A DNA stretch of 64,000 nucleotides, taken from Tubiluchus corallicola. Lineage: Eukaryota > Animalia > Priapulida. Positions 1 through 12,800 of the stretch are shown here, one piece after another (position 1 is the stretch's first letter; each line of letters opens with the position of its first letter). The stretch is taken from the NCBI GenBank assembly GCA_030141605.1, contig JAQGDQ010000115.1:124001-188000 (forward strand), in the 5' to 3' direction. The translations under genes and the position numbers were made by a program. The notes under the pieces were generated by a model, which was not told the origin of the DNA, did no database searches, and worked only from the letters and a program-made list of their open reading frames with translations.

Positions 1-95
1 AGATTTATTGGTGCTGTTTCTTCAATATCTCAGGAACAATATAATTCTCTTAAGCGGCGGCAAAATGCGGAGAGCAATCTGGGCAGTCAATTAGT

Positions 96-303
<208 letters not shown>

Positions 304-762
304 TAATACTATTTTTTCGAAATTGCAGCATAATTTTTAATTTTTTAACAGCATTAAAATAAGAATATTTCCACATTATAACAATTTAAACTAAATGGGA
401 CAGTAAATAATACAGCAATTAGTCAAATGAAGTACAATAAAAATAATGAATTACTTATATCCGTTCTAGTATCAGATTAAGTTCGTTTCTGTTCAAAAAT
501 TGAAGATGTGCTCGATTACATAGACGATATCTTTCACAAATAATGCAAGATAATTCTGCTCATTGGTCACATTGTAAGCGCACTTAGAAGCAATCTGTCT
601 TACATACGAAATTACATTATCGTTGTATACATTTCGATTGTTGTTATGTTCATATCTCAATAGTTGTGAGTTGTAACCCAAAGTAGAGTTTACAGAATTA
701 GTTGCATTTTTCGCAAACAATTTACGACACAGTTTTCACTACCAAGACAGTTTTGACTGTAA

Positions 763-1439
763 GGCCCGTGTCAGACAGAGCTGGACATAAACCCGTAAGG
801 CACAAGCCACGAGGAGAAAAAGTCACTTCATGAAAAATGACCACATGCTAGCCATTGGTCCCTGTCACACAAATAATCCATTTGACGTCTTCCGCCAAAA
901 GAGGCTTGCCTACCGTAAGGCGTCAGCCATAATTCGCGGTAGGCTCCTCACAAGTCGTTTTGAGCTGTTCATAAGGCGCCTTATGGCAAAATGAATTTGG
1001 CCATGAATTTCGTTTGCCATAAGGCGTTTTTGCTTATCGCTAATGTGAAAATTAGTTTAACTAAGCTTTTTTCTAAAATAAAAATCATTTATATCATAAG
1101 AATTCATAACATCAATGAATACAAGTAATGTAAGCTACATGCAGGAGACTGCATACCAGTTAATCATACAATGTACGCTATTGACAATCAGTTATTCCGT
1201 AATGAGTAAAATTATATAAACTATTGCCTATAGTATCTGTAATATAATATAATGTTAAAATATAACAGTTTCGTGCCTCCGGCCAAAACGGATTGTGGCA
1301 AACGCCTTGCTAGTTGCCCAGAGCCAGGCGCATACCGTGGATTACGACATGAGCATTACGGAAGATGGAAGACGCCTCGTGGATTACGGATTATGGATTA
1401 TGGCATGCTCTTTACGGCTTTTTCTGTGTGACACGGTCC
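763..1439. mobile_element. PIF/Harbinger-type MITE in a CLCA intron
   Basis: Imperfect TIRs GGCCCGTGTCAGACAGA (763) and TCTGTGTGACACGGTCC (ending 1439), with TAA on both sides (760-762, 1440-1442). A 3-bp TAA TSD and GG..CC ends are typical of PIF/Harbinger. Confidence 0.75.
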
Positions 1440-1477
1440 TAATACTGACTGTGCGCGCATTAGAACTAATCACTTAC

Positions 1478-2524
1478 TTTATCATATGGACCATACTGAT
1501 TACCAATACTTGGATTCATTAGATAATCTGGAGTTAGATGCATATACAGTCCTATATCACCACACAAATTAGGATTAACTGTAAATGGCTGGTTGTTTGG
1601 GGGACTGGATATTCCTATTTCAACGTCCGAGACGTCGATACTTTCATTGGCTGCTGGTTCGTACTTTGGGTCATCTGACCAAGAATTTGGCACAAGTACA
1701 GCAATGTCATGAAAATACGCTCTTTGCCTGAAATAAAAAAATACAATAACAAGTGTTATTCGCTTTGTTGTTGTTTTTGTTGTTGTTGTTGTTGTTATTA
1801 CTATTATTATATTAGTAATTATTATTATTGTTACTAATAGATTATCAATAATACATATGCATTAACATTAACATATAGCATCGTCTATTCTTATTAATAT
1901 TATCTTAGTAATTCGGTCTGTAACTCTTTATTGTAGGTAACGACATTTTTCAAGAAAAACAAGACATCACTGAAATTATTTATTTATTTTGAATAACAAT
2001 AACTACTATACGCTAAGTCTTGTTAGTGTTAGTTAATTTTACAGCATATTTTAAAAAATACGATGTTGTTTTATGTAAAACAGCTGAACATTTTTCTAAA
2101 AAGCTGCACAAATAAATTAAATCTCTCGGATATTTATATTCTGCGATCACTTTATGCAGAAGCACATTGTTTACAGTTTACACGGTTAAATAATAAAGAA
2201 ATTAAATTGTAAGGAAAACATCATCATGTCTAATTTTCTTAAAGTTTTTGCTCCACATTTACAAACGGATTGTAAAAATCATAAAAGATGGTACTTTGTT
2301 ATGCGGTAGAGAAAACTGGAAGCCTGTGTGAAAACTTCTTGGATTCTGTCCAGTAGCGTTGTGTCCTCGGGAACGTCTTCATGAATTGCTATCAACATTT
2401 GGCGATATCCATTATCCAACAGATACACGGACGACCTGCCACAAGTCTGCACTTGTACAATTGCAGTTGTCGCCAACAGCAATAGCACCATCTGTAGACC
2501 TACTTGAGTTCTCAATGCAGCCAT
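1478..2524 (-). CDS. CLCA: CLCA-family (calcium-activated chloride channel regulator) gene, first two coding exons; gene continues off the left edge
   Basis: Exon 1 is 2524-2295: signal peptide MAALRTQVGLQMVLLLLATTAIVQVQT, then LLDNGYRQMLIAIHEDVPEDTTLLDRIQEVFTQASSFLYRITK. Phase-2 intron AA|gt...tttcag|G. Exon 2 is 1727-1478: QRAYFHDIAVLVPNSWSDDPKYEPAANESIDVSDVEI...QPFTVNPNLCGDIGLYMHLTPDYL...YGPYDK|gtaagt. Matches the CLCA N-terminal domain pattern (NGY..I.I...VPED; R.YF..V.IL.P..W; CG..G.YIHLTP). Confidence 0.92.
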
Positions 2525-3840
2525 TTTTCATGAACTAGAATATAGTATTAAATTAATACTGAAAAATATATGTGAGTGAGAACAGACGCATTGGACAGAA
2601 GAAAATCATTTTAATTACTCTAAATTTTAATTTATGCTGTATTGTCATCATACTTTTTTGAGTTTTGGATAGTGCTGCCACCTTCAGGTGTTAATGTTAA
2701 AATTGTTAAATCTTTCTCTTTACTGTTTCGATTTTCATTGGCTTCTACAGTTTAGGAATGCATAATCTCTAAACCTGTTTTCACACTTAAATGATTTCAC
2801 CTGTAGTTTTTGGTCGCTTGGTTATCTGCTTTTCAACATGACATTACTTCGCTGTTTATGTAGACACTTCAGAATAAAATCTTAAAACTAAATTTCAAGT
2901 TTTTTGGTTTCTTCAAACCACGCATGCATGGGTGGATTGGAAGATTTCTAGGTGTGGGTGCGTGTTCGTGCATGCAAACCTGTGTATGTGTGAATGTGTG
3001 TTATCTAAAATATATTGGTCAACTAAAACCCAAAAGCATATTGCTTTAGTATGTATGCATGCGTCTATATTCTTAAGTTTATATTACTAAAACGTTCTCT
3101 AAAAATGCATAACGAATTAGGGTTAAAGTTTAGTAGCAGGGTTAAACTTTAAATTATTAAAAACTACTCAAAAAGTATACCAAATTTTCAGTTTTTTCTG
3201 CAGTAGAGCAAGCAGACAATTCATTTGAAAAGAAAGATATTTCTTGCTATTATTTTTCTTGCCTTCTTTGCTACTTGATTGAAATACCCAACAATTCACT
3301 GAGCAGTAAAATCTACTTTGCAGTAAAGCTAATACCACTATTCTGAAGGTGGCACAAACTTGTCACGTGGAGCACACTTACATTGAGTAACTTATAGATA
3401 CAGTGACTGTCACAATCATTTAGCTATATAGGTTGCACAAACTTCACTTAGTTGTGAACTTTCACTTTACATCACTGACTATGGAATAGGGTAGCAAATA
3501 CTTGCAAAGCTATTGCAATCTTCACACGAAAAAAAATGTTATCAGAGATCTGGAATTTGTACCAGCACCTACATCATTAGAAGCAGCGGCATAGCTAAGT
3601 TTCAAAGTTAGGGGTAGCACACACATACAAATAGGCACCGTGACACATAACCAACTACTTATAACGCATTGGTTAAACATTTTAATTTTGTGTTTAAAAC
3701 CAAAACGTAAGTAAGCTACGGTCTGCGTGAAGAACGCAGGAAATGATTCTAGCTAGTTTTCATCTTAATTGTCTGTTTGAATTTTTATATTTTTTGTCTA
3801 TTTTCTCATCTGCAACATGGTTTGGCTGATTCAGAATTGA

Positions 3841-4302
3841 ACACTGGACCACTTGACCGCCTCCGCATATATATATATATATACGGCTTCAAGTATAAGT
3901 TCTTGAAAGGGATAGTGACATAATTCGCCAGTTTCACAGCAGGACGTTTTCACAACAAACTACGTTTAATCGTACGAATACAACTATTCGACCTGAGAGA
4001 ACTTTTGATACTTTTGTTTTTCTGATACGTATATATCCTGTTGCGGAGGCGGCCAAGTGGTTCAGTGTATATTATATATATATGCATGCCGTGCCTAGAA
4101 ACGCATGTAATCTGAGTTTATTTTCCATGCATTTGTCCCTTAAAAAATAATTATATATGAATTGTTATAGTAATAGTACAGAACAAAAATATCAAAGTTT
4201 TCTCAGGTTGAACAGTTGTATTTGTAGGATTAAACGTAGTTGTCCTGTTGTGAAATAGGCAAGTTATATCACCATCCCTTTCAAATACTTTTACTTAAAG
4301 CC
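3841..4302. repeat. Two interlocked inverted-repeat pairs
   Basis: A (3841-3867, ACACTGGACCACTTGACCGCCTCCGCA) pairs with 4042-4068. B (3884-4028) pairs as a diverged reverse complement with 4176-4302. Confidence 0.85.
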
Positions 4303-4965
4303 ATTGCTTATTTTGAGGTTCGTCTAAATAAAGCCATCTCATTCAGAAATCTTCAGCAGAGAAAATAGTAATTAAATACACGAAAGAACAACAACTCAGA
4401 TTAATGATTTATGTTTAAGTTGTCATAATTTGGATTGTAGCATTTTATTAGATTTACGTAGTTTGCTAGGCAAAAGAAAGGAGACTAAAACATGATAGTA
4501 TAGAATAAATTATTTTCTAACCTTTAACTAGTAATAGTTTTACTTATATTGATTTTATGTCGAGGGCTGGTAAATTATTGTTTGCTTACAAGAGTTTGAT
4601 AATTTTGCATACAACATTGAGAATTGGAAAGTCTACTGAAAGGGTTATACTGAACTATTAGTAGCATGAAGGAAGGTGTTACCAATTTTGCATAGTGTTG
4701 AAAGGAGGCAAAGTTTTATTTACTTGTACTAAAACCTAACTTAATGCTCAAATATATTAGTATGATTAGGTACACCCATATCAGATATCTTTACTTGTCG
4801 GCATATGAATGAAGTCACTTAGCCCAGTGGTGTCATTGTTGTGTATGCCTATAACTTACTAACTTAACAGTTTGTAATATTAACTTTTCTCCAAATAATA
4901 ATTATTTTCACCGTGCTTAATGAACGAAGAAGAGATAATACATGAAAGAAAAAATAATACATTAA

Positions 4966-5799
4966 CTAGCAAAGCCCCGCAAAAGATTTTGCGTAAAAAA
5001 CCACGTATAATCAATAACACGCGAACATCCTACACAGTCCTCATTTATAACACAAAGCCCGTAACATCCTGTCTACTGTATGTCTGTTTATCTAACGCAA
5101 ACCCGTAGCAGGCAGCTTTTTGCTGAATTAAAGTTATAAGATTACAGCAGAGTACAATGGATGACGTCAGCACAATGGAATTCGTCACAACAGTTTTCTA
5201 AGCGAAAATCGCCGAAAATAGAACAGCTAATTAACTCGTCGGTACTCCTCTCGGTGGGCCTGCCCTAAAATATAGCCCACATCATCGTGTAGCCCTGTCC
5301 TTCCTCTTTGCAAAGAGCTATAAATCGCCTCCCGAGAGTCCCACCGGGCGCCGCTAGAACGTTTTTCCCGCAGGCTGTTTGGTCAAAATTTCGAAAAAAT
5401 CGCGAGTTGGGTCCGGGAAAACGCCCGTTGCGGGACGCCGTGGCCCTCTCGGGAATTCTAAATATGCCTACTACACCCACCGCTGAACGGGCTATCTATC
5501 CATACCCAGCACCCCCCTCGGCCCGTTCCCGTTCTCTACATCTCAGCCGTATAACTTTTGCAATTTTTTGCAAAAAACGCCCGAAAAAGGGCTATTTTGG
5601 GGGGTTTTTCGCCCCCCGTTCCTCCCGGTGGGCCCAATTCGAAAAATAAACCATCAATGGCACGACACTAGATCGAGACCTTTCGTTTGATGTATAGATC
5701 GCCGCAAATGGTGCCCTCGTCGGAGCTGTAGCCTCGAATCTTATATATATATAAATAAATAAATATATATATATATACCAAGAATATTAATATAAGAGA
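4966..5799 (-). mobile_element. Non-autonomous Helitron
   Basis: On the minus strand it starts A|TC (5799) and ends CTAG|T (4966). Palindrome CGCAAAA-GA-TTTTGCG lies about 10 nt from the 3' end. No TSD, GC-rich interior, (TA)n near the 5' end. These are canonical Helitron termini. Confidence 0.8.
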
Positions 5800-6101
5800 T
5801 GTACATTAACGTTATTGAAAACCTAAGAATAAAATAAAAATAAATACTGAGACAATTATTGCAAATGCAGGACATATTGAGGGCTACCGAATGAACAATC
5901 AACAACTAGTCAGTTACTGAACAATAAATAAAAAAAACATCTGGCCACATTTACGTACAAATGGGTGTAATTAAAATAACGTGACACTATCACACGCAAT
6001 TATTTAGTAGTAGTTTCATTTGTACATTCGTTTATATTCACTTTTAATGTTCATTTTTAGATCTAGAAACGTTAGTTAAGACACAGATTTCTGATTTTAT
6101 T

Positions 6102-6655
6102 TCACTCCATATTATTGGGGCCATAATATTTTATAGAAAATCTGCAATGATTAGCACAACATTTTACAAGACGAAAATTACGTTTTACACGGGCATCATA
6201 TCCATGTATTTCAAAATTTTGCATAAAATAATTACAGAATAATGGCATAAGCAAATTATAGTGAAATTTGTACTTAAATACAACTGCCTGAATGTTACTA
6301 ATATGATGAATATTTAAAAATCCTAGTTGTTTAAAAAGTGGAGTAGCACCTTTTTTGGATGGGCGGTCAATTAAAGAACAACGGGACAAAGGACCATCAG
6401 TCAAAAGCCACCAGTCAAAGGACCACCGGTTAAGAGACCACCTCGGACAAAGAACCACTAGTCAAAGGCCATTTGTCTATAGACTCAGGGCCACGGTTGA
6501 GCCTTTGTCCGTAGTGGTCCTTTAACCAGTGATCCTTTATCTGAAGTTCCTTCACCTGTGGCCCTTTGACTGGCGGTCCTTTGACATATACAAGTTCTTT
6601 CAAAGGGGCAAACAAGTTCTAACTACACGTTTTCGTAATATGTACAATTCAAAAA
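6102..6655 (-). mobile_element. Decayed CR1/L2-group LINE 3' fragment, interrupted by a MITE
   Basis: LYILRKRVVR..FAPLKE / TPLFKQLGFLNIHHI...NLLMPLFCNYF...HGYDAR...FSIKYYGP, resembling the C-terminus of CR1/L2-group ORF2. Confidence 0.7.
6358..6590. mobile_element. Foldback-type MITE built of ~15-bp subrepeats
   Basis: Left arm repeats of GTCAAAGGACCAC-like units; right arm has the reverse complement (GTGGTCCTTTGAC-like). Termini approximate. Confidence 0.65.
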
Positions 6656-8727
6656 CTGTGATGAGTAACTATTTCACTATATAATATTTCAATATTGACA
6701 GATAATGTAAGATGAGTGATGTGTACAACAACGTCAAAATATACTGTGGCAACGAATGTTTAACATTTAATATTATTTCAACGATTTTGAAACTTCATTA
6801 GTAGTAGCTATGAACTTAAGATGCCCAGTCCAGAAACAGTTATTGCTTTGTACTGCCATCTCACCTCTTGTACAACACCAAAATATTTCACAGAACTAGA
6901 AAAATGGAAATATTCGGTTATGTCGAGAGTGTTAACTTTTACTACAAACTAAGTATTTTACAACACTTATGCAGCGTATGTGTGATACGCTGACATGGTG
7001 CATTTATAAATCGCGCACAAGCCACGCTAACCAATTAAAATTTTCCAAACGACATCATTTTTTCACAAAAATGGTTTAAGCAGGTATGATCACAACGTGC
7101 GGTACATAGATGTCCAGCAGGAACGACCTGGTTATATGTTTTAATGCATAAAGACGTACCTGTTTATCCATTATCATAGTTTACAGCGATATAAGCGTAT
7201 CAAAAAAGGCGGTACTTGTTGACACTAAACTAAGCAAAATATGATGTAGGCAACGTTGCTGCACGAAAAAAGTACTTTTTTAAAAAATAGGTGGCCCGTA
7301 ACATACCGGCTAAATGCATTTGCGACGTCTAGTAAACAGATTGTCAGTTGCAAAATGCTCCAGTATAATCTGCTCTTGTGTTCGCATTTTTGGGGCGTTC
7401 GCAGGGTTAACTATGAATTAGCTTTTGTTCCAGCATTAGTGACTAACTGATAGATTTCGCGATAATTACCGCAAACAAACAGTATAATAATCCTTGCATG
7501 GGTGAGAAATACATACAACCCTTCATTCTTCTTTCTATTGTAATTGTACATTGTATATAGAAAATAAAGAAACTAAGAACAGCAATTATAGTTAAAAGAA
7601 CGGAAATTAAACGAACAGCAAATTTCTTTTAAACTGCGCAGCATTTCTATACACCTATCTATTACCATTTTACATACGCTAAAGATAATCGGCAAATCAT
7701 TTGACAGCAAGCTGGTAAATTTAAACTGTTTTTAATTGGTGTTTTAAAACTTTCCATCTTAGTAATTGATCAGTTTTCGTCTTGCTGCTGTAGATATTTC
7801 AATATACATGTACAAGAAAGTTTACACTTCTTTAAGGGCACCTTTAAGCTCGTTAGCTCGTTAATACACAATATATACAAAAAAGGCTATCCAATCGAAA
7901 AATCATCTATCTCTCCATTCCCACGAAATTTTTGGGTTTCTCCGAAAAATATACTTGTACTTCCAGGGACTTTTGGCCTGGATTGACAGACCGAATTTTT
8001 GTGCCAACTTCGGTGATGATTCATCGTTTTAATTCGGCGATCTAAACCCCTGCTAACGGTTTACATACTGCACACAAATAAGTCTTTCTTTTACGAGTCG
8101 ATGACCTCATAATTGTTCAACAAATTCGTTTATTAGAAAAGACTAAAAAGATGTTCGTTAGACAAATTAGGTAAGATATTAATCGCACGTTCAACTGCAG
8201 TACTTTTGAACTGGTTCCACTCCACAAGCTTTTTGCTGATACAACTGACCGAGTCTCTCAGTTTCTAGCGCATACTATTATTATCTTGCGGCGGTTGAAA
8301 AACAAAAACAAAATCATACTTTCTAAAGTATGTCTAATTATGTCTCACACGAGAAATAGTTAGCTGCAACTTATGAGTCGCTCAAAGTCATGCGAACGGT
8401 TTCCAAATACTATTGCCATCTTTTTGACATACGCAACCGCAACCATATTATGTGCATGTTTGGACCAGTGATGGCACGCTGCTTTCCAGCCATAATAATA
8501 TAGTTCACCCATAGCATTGCTGGCCTAGTACTGGCGGTGCTTGTTACGTACTGCAGGCGAAAAATATGCTGTCGAAAATTATGGCTTTTAATATAATGAG
8601 GGCAAAATGCATCTAATTGATTTTTCACATCTAGTCTCCAGTACGTACATCGCCCAAGGTAGAGTTTATCTTTTTGGCAAAAAAGCGAGTCATGAGGAAA
8701 AATCTCTTAAATACATATTATTTAAAT

Positions 8728-9579
8728 CAGTGGTTCCCAAAGTAGGGGTAAATTACCCCCCCGGGGGTAATATGGTTTTTTGGGGGGGTAACAGGCACCC
8801 CTCTGAAAATTTTTAAAACTTCGCTCGGAATGCATTTTACGTAGTTTTCTTCTTGAAGAGACTGCCTCCGGCAGGCAACACTGTGTCATGGGGTCCATCA
8901 TTCGCACGTTCCCACGATCTCTGGTGCGATCCTGGGGAGAAGTCAAAGTTCACGATTGTTTCTTTGGTTTCTTCTCTATCGACATTTCTGCACAGCGTTT
9001 AGAGTTTAGAGAAAGCTAGGCCCTTTTACTATCTCTCTATCTTTTTGATACTAAGGAAAAGTAAAATATTACTTGCCTAATTTGATTCTCTCTTGTTTCT
9101 TTTCCCAGAAAGGTGCTGTGAATGTGTGAACAAGGTTTTTCGTCCATAATAAACATGAAAACAAAGAAAAGAAATAGGTTGGACGTGGAAAGCGATGCAC
9201 GCGTTGCTTTGAGCCTGACGAAACCCAGGATTGAGAAACTGGCGTCCGAAAAACAGGCTCATCCGTCCCACTAACTGAGATTTTGTTGTTGTCATTCATT
9301 TCTTCTTGTTTTCGTTTGTTTGAGTAATAATTACTCGAACGAACCTGCTCACTCAGTAATGAGCAGGTTCAGTAATTGTAATTCTTGTTTTGGCAACAAT
9401 ACAACAACAACACCTGGAAATTTATTTATGTCACAAGCAAACATAAATAATTTTGCTTGCTTGTGGCATATACATGTGTTTACTTTTTGAGTTGGAGAAG
9501 TAGTACTAGGTGGGGGGGTAATGGACACGACCGGGTTTCCCGATTTGGGTAACGGTCCGAGAAAGTTTGGGAACCACTG
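8728..9579. mobile_element. hAT (Charlie-like) non-autonomous element
   Basis: TIR CAGTGGTTCCCAAA / TTTGGGAACCACTG with a perfect 8-bp TSD ATTTAAAT (8720-8727 and 9580-9587). Confidence 0.92.
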
Positions 9580-10430
9580 ATTTAAATGATAATCTCTAAT
9601 GTTAACTCTACCAGACAGCATGCAATTGTATAGCATTGCAAATATTGTATTTTATAATACTAAACGAATAAAACTTATACAGGCAAAATTCATTGCAATA
9701 GTGGAATCTGGAGCACTACTAATGCAATTTGGATTGGCCAGCATATACTAACATGACTGTACGTTCTTATTTGGGGAAACTCAGTTATGTCATTTCAAAT
9801 TACATACATTGATAATCTTTTTGTTAAATTGTGTTGTTATTATAGCTGACTCTTATATTGACTGTACTAAAAAGATATTGCAAGTCTTAGTTAGTGACAA
9901 TAACTAACTGAATTAATTTAAATGTTATTTTTGGTACAGTTGCTCTTGAAGATCTTTTTTCAATTACCATTATCGATCATCGTCATTTTTATCATTATCA
10001 TCGTCGTCGTGATCATCATCAGCAGCAGCATCAGCATCATGATCATTATTCCTTTTGTTATCATTGTCATTATTATAATTGTTGCTATACATTGTCTGAC
10101 AAAAGACTATATAATTCGACTGTATGATGTTAGCCAGGCAGTATAGTCTAATAGTAAGTTGATAACGTGTCTGCTTTCCGTCTGGGAGGTCGAGAGCTCA
10201 ATACGCACTTTGGCCAGATCATTTCTGTTATGCAGTTTAGATATGTTATTTACAGCCAGTAAAAAACTTTTTGAGCTTATGCTACTTGTGCATCCTAATG
10301 CCGACTTTATATAAAGATTATATTTTTTATTATATATCATAATTGTCTGTTACAATTATTGAGTATAATAGAATTATAATTTTCTTTTTGCTAACGCTTA
10401 GATCCCTATCAATGTAATTCCATCATTCTC

Positions 10431-10737
<307 letters not shown>

Positions 10738-11045
10738 ATATCATAGATATTTGTGTTTAGCATTGTTCCAGTTGTTGCTACTGTTGCGGCAGAAAAAATG
10801 AGCGTAATTCACTGGAAGTGTTTTTCCCACTCTAGGCACTACGTATTATATCTGCCCAAAAGCAAATTAATGTGAGGCAGTAGTAGTCTATTGGGAATTT
10901 TAGTTAGGCACATTTGACACAGTTGTACCATAACAGTTATGCCCAATTCTTTGCAGAATAGAATATTAGAATAGGATGTTGGAATTGCGTGTTCTAAAGT
11001 TGTGGGTGCGGAGGGTGATTGTGATAAAGTCATTGTTGTCAGTAC

Positions 11046-11444
11046 TAGGGGTGAGCATCAAACGTTCGAACGTTCGAATTCAGTTTTTTAGTTCGAATTG
11101 GATTCGAACCTAAAACTGTGGTTTCGAATAATTCAGCACTTCAATCACATACGTTTTTTATCATTAAAACGATTGAAACATCATGCAATTAGCATAATTT
11201 AGCTATGATTTCTGTGCACAATTTTAAACAACTTATTAGTGGTTTTATTGCAGAACAGAATCGGGTAATATGCATGATCTTTGTAAGACTAATTTTTGGA
11301 GGTGGTTTGAAAAGTTGGTCGAAAATCTTTCAATCTCAATTCGAAGCCGATTCGAATTGGAAATACTGAAATTCGGTTCGATTCGAATTCGAAAGTCACA
11401 AATTCGATTCGAGTTCACATTCTGGTAGAAAATGCTCACCCCTA
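11046..11444. mobile_element. hAT-type MITE with TTCGAA subterminal repeats
   Basis: TIR TAGGGGTGAGCAT / ATGCTCACCCCTA with many TTCGAA motifs near both ends. GTTGTCAG occurs at 11035-11042 and 11445-11452; the left copy is offset by 3 nt. Confidence 0.85.
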
Positions 11445-11989
11445 GTTGTCAGGGAGGTAATGGTTGCTGAGTTTCTTGTCATACAGTGTGTGAGCTGCAA
11501 GTATAGTAAAATATGTTTGGTCAATGTTCATGTAGCATTTTTAATTTTGCGAGATAAAAATTTCCATACCTTTGGATGCTGAAAGTTGCCGTGAAGTTAT
11601 AAAACTGTTTGTGGATTTGAAAATGGTTTTCCAAAATTAATTAATGCATATAATAACATGAATCGTTCCCACTGAGTTCTACTTAGAATATAATAATTAA
11701 TATGCATGAGCATTTGAACAATATTCATATTTGCTCACAATCAGATGCCATCCACTGTATAGTTAGTAGTTACTACGAGCAAAAGGAAAGTTTTTGAAGA
11801 AGCGTTATTCTAATGCCCTCTTATTAGCTCAATCTCAATGCCTAAATGTGCTGTGTAGGTGTCCATTATTGTAAAATTGCCAAATAGTAGAAAATGGGCT
11901 GACAGCCACAGTACTACAGACACAGTACTGTAGGGCAGGCATTGCAGAACTTGCAGTCTGGCACAATACACAATTGTATGGGATTCTAC

Positions 11990-12411
11990 AGTCCAGAAAA
12001 TTAAGAGCCACTCGGATGGTTTTTGGAATGGAAGCCATACCATACAGTGATTGTTTACATCAACTGAAATTACAAATGCTTATTACTAGAAGAGCACGTG
12101 CTGATTTAATTCAAGTCCTCAAGTTCGTAAAGGGCATTGACAAAAATGATTATGGAATCTTCTTCGAGTTGCGGAATTCAAGTAGGTCACCAAGGCGCCA
12201 CAGTAGGCAGATACATAAGAAACGGGCTAATCTGGATCAGAGAAAATTCTTTTTTAGTCAAAGAATTGTAAATGCTTGGAATGAGCTTCCTCAAGCAGCA
12301 GTAGATGCATCTACAAGCAACCAATTCAAGGGTGATAAACAATACTATGTAAATAGGATGGAACAGCAAAACATTGAATGGCTACATGCGGACGCTCTCT
12401 GTAAACATTGA
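11990..12411 (+). mobile_element. CR1-type LINE 3' fragment (ORF2 C-terminus)
   Basis: RATRMVFGMEAIPYSDCLHQLKL..L..RRARADLIQVLKFVKG...RRHS..I.K.RANLDQRKFFFSQRIVNAWNELP..AVDA.TSNQFK, the characteristic CR1 ORF2 tail. Confidence 0.9.
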
Positions 12412-12800
12412 TGAAGTCTTGTATGCTGAAGTCACTATTTTGCTCTAATAGCTCGGTCCTAAAACCAACATATTCATATACATAAACATAGGACACAAAA
12501 ATGGTTTATGTTTTTAAGTGTTGTTCTAGCACCACAAATAACAGTGCTGAAATAGACGTGTGTATGATATAACCCTGACAGTTTTTGCACATATTAGCGG
12601 TCCAAATTTAAAGGAAAAATGGGAACTATCATATAGAAGAGGGTAACTAACGTAACTAACTAAATAAACACCGACTTGAACAGAATTCCTGTAACAGTTC
12701 GGGACTCAGCATCAATGGTTTTGCCGTTTTTGCAATTTTCAGCACATGGCAGATATTTATCGTATTGAATGGTTTTTCTTTAATTAATAATACTTGTAGA

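Noticed and set aside
5265-5649. GC-rich ORFs of 71 and 113 aa
   Set aside because: Lie inside the Helitron; no recognisable domain; openness is explained by GC content.
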